The position numbers and the translations under genes were made by a program. A stretch of DNA of 64,000 bases, from the NCBI GenBank assembly GCA_963753975.1, contig CAVWEH010000002.1, positions 416,001 to 480,000 on the forward strand, in the 5' to 3' direction. The stretch is from an uncultured delta proteobacterium (lineage in GTDB: Bacteria; Desulfobacterota; Syntrophia; Syntrophales; Smithellaceae). Under the pieces are notes generated by a model. That model saw only the letters and a list, made by a program, of their open reading frames with translations, was not told where the DNA came from and made no database searches. Below, piece after piece: positions 63,030-64,000 of the stretch (positions are counted from its first letter, which is position 1; every line of letters starts with the position of its first letter).

Positions 63030-63199
63030 AAAAAGGGCCTTATGAGGCGCGAATTGAATACTTTTCGGGCACCATGCCCTCGTAACTGAGCGACCGCAAA
63101 CACAACTGTCTGAGCCGCCATGGCGGTGAGTTTTGCGTTTGCAACGAAGCTAGAGGAAGCATGGTCGAAAAAGATTCTGAGCGCGAATAAGACCATTTT
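63030..63199. repeat. About 170-bp imperfect fold-back element
   Basis: Nested complementary arms (CTTAT/ATAAG, CTTTTCG/CGAAAAAG, ACCATGC/GCATGGT, GCAAACACAA/TTGCGTTTGC) around CCGCCATGGCGG. Confidence 0.65.
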
Positions 63200-63739
63200 T
63201 CAAAGTTCTTCATTCATCAATTCTTTTAATTTTTCCAATCCGCGGTAAATACGCATTTTGACGGCACTAATAGATTTACCGGTAATTTCGGCAATCTCAT
63301 CAAAAGATAATCCCTGCCGATATTTCATAATCAGTAGCGCCCTGAGTTCATACTCCAACCGCAAAAGACAGGCAGTTATTTCTTGAGTTTCTATCAATGT
63401 GGTTTCCGGCGAAGGACTATCATCGGCCAATGAATGTGCGCTGAATGCTTCAGAAATATTGTGTTTTTTATTTTTTTTCCGAAGGTGGCTTTTGATTAAA
63501 TTAAAGGCAACGGTGTAAAGCCAGGTAAAGAATTTCTTGCGGGTGTCGTAACGCCACAAATATTGATAGGCCCGGATAAATGTTTCCTGTGTTAAATCCT
63601 CGGCGTCTCCCAGGTTGCCGGTCATGCGGTAAGCTAAATTATAAATAGGTGTTTTATATTTTTCCACCAGTAAAGCATATGACTGCCTATCTCCCTTCAA
63701 AATTTGAGCAACAATTTCCGCATCGAGTTTTTGATCCAT
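63200..63739 (-). CDS. ECF RNA polymerase sigma factor
   Basis: DAEDLTQETF, FFTWLYTVAFN, LSFDEIAEITG, VKMRIYRG. Confidence 0.95.
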   Translation of the reverse strand: MDQKLDAEIVAQILKGDRQSYALLVEKYKTPIYNLAYRMTGNLGDAEDLTQETFIRAYQYLWRYDTRKKFFTWLYTVAFNLIKSHLRKKNKKHNISEAFSAHSLADDSPSPETTLIETQEITACLLRLEYELRALLIMKYRQGLSFDEIAEITGKSISAVKMRIYRGLEKLKELMNEEL

Positions 63740-63919
63740 CGCCGCTTTCTATCCGGTAATGATACTTAAATTCCCCCATATGCCGCATAGACAATATTCT
63801 ATAATATGATATTCCGGCCTTCATCGAATATCAAGTAAATTCAAATATTATGATGAAATATTTTTGGACAAATTCCATTAAAAATAGTAAGTATAGTCTA
63901 CAAAAATACGGGGTTTTTC

Positions 63920-64000
63920 ATGTTATACAATAAAACTGTCGCGGTCGTTGTTCCCACATATAACGAAGAGAAACAAATCGGTCAGGTGTTGGAGACAATG
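63920..64000 (+). CDS. Glycosyltransferase family 2 (partial, runs off the window)
   Basis: MLYNKTVAVVVPTYNEEKQI. Confidence 0.8.
   Translation, partial: MLYNKTVAVVVPTYNEEKQIGQVLETM

Overview
Bacterial chromosomal segment. Gene content and order (ptsH-ptsI, phoH-7TM/HD-ybeY, lysC-tsaE-acpS-folP-ftsH-tilS, multi-PAS kinases) suggest an anaerobic Desulfobacterota/Syntrophales (Smithella-like) organism; this is inference. About 3-25 kb is an accessory patchwork: CopB-type ATPase, nitroreductase, hydrolases, SDR, amidase, PAS kinases, Skp and RlpA, with several gene stubs at block junctions. The rest is mostly housekeeping, ending in an ECF-sigma-linked minor-pilin/adhesin cluster. The standout is an AT-rich island at ~12.05-14.2 kb. 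It has a consensus sigma70 promoter, a ~470-nt highly structured non-coding leader, a 93-aa small hydrophobic ORF whose Shine-Dalgarno can be sequestered by an alternative helix, an XRE-HTH gene and a short retron-type reverse transcriptase (NAxxH, YCDD, VTG). This is a type VI-like retron, a probable anti-phage system, with an unusually long ncRNA. Several genes, including aspartokinase, carry frameshifts that are most likely assembly errors. No rRNA, tRNA, CRISPR array, transposase or integrase was recognised. All calls were made by eye; no searches were run.
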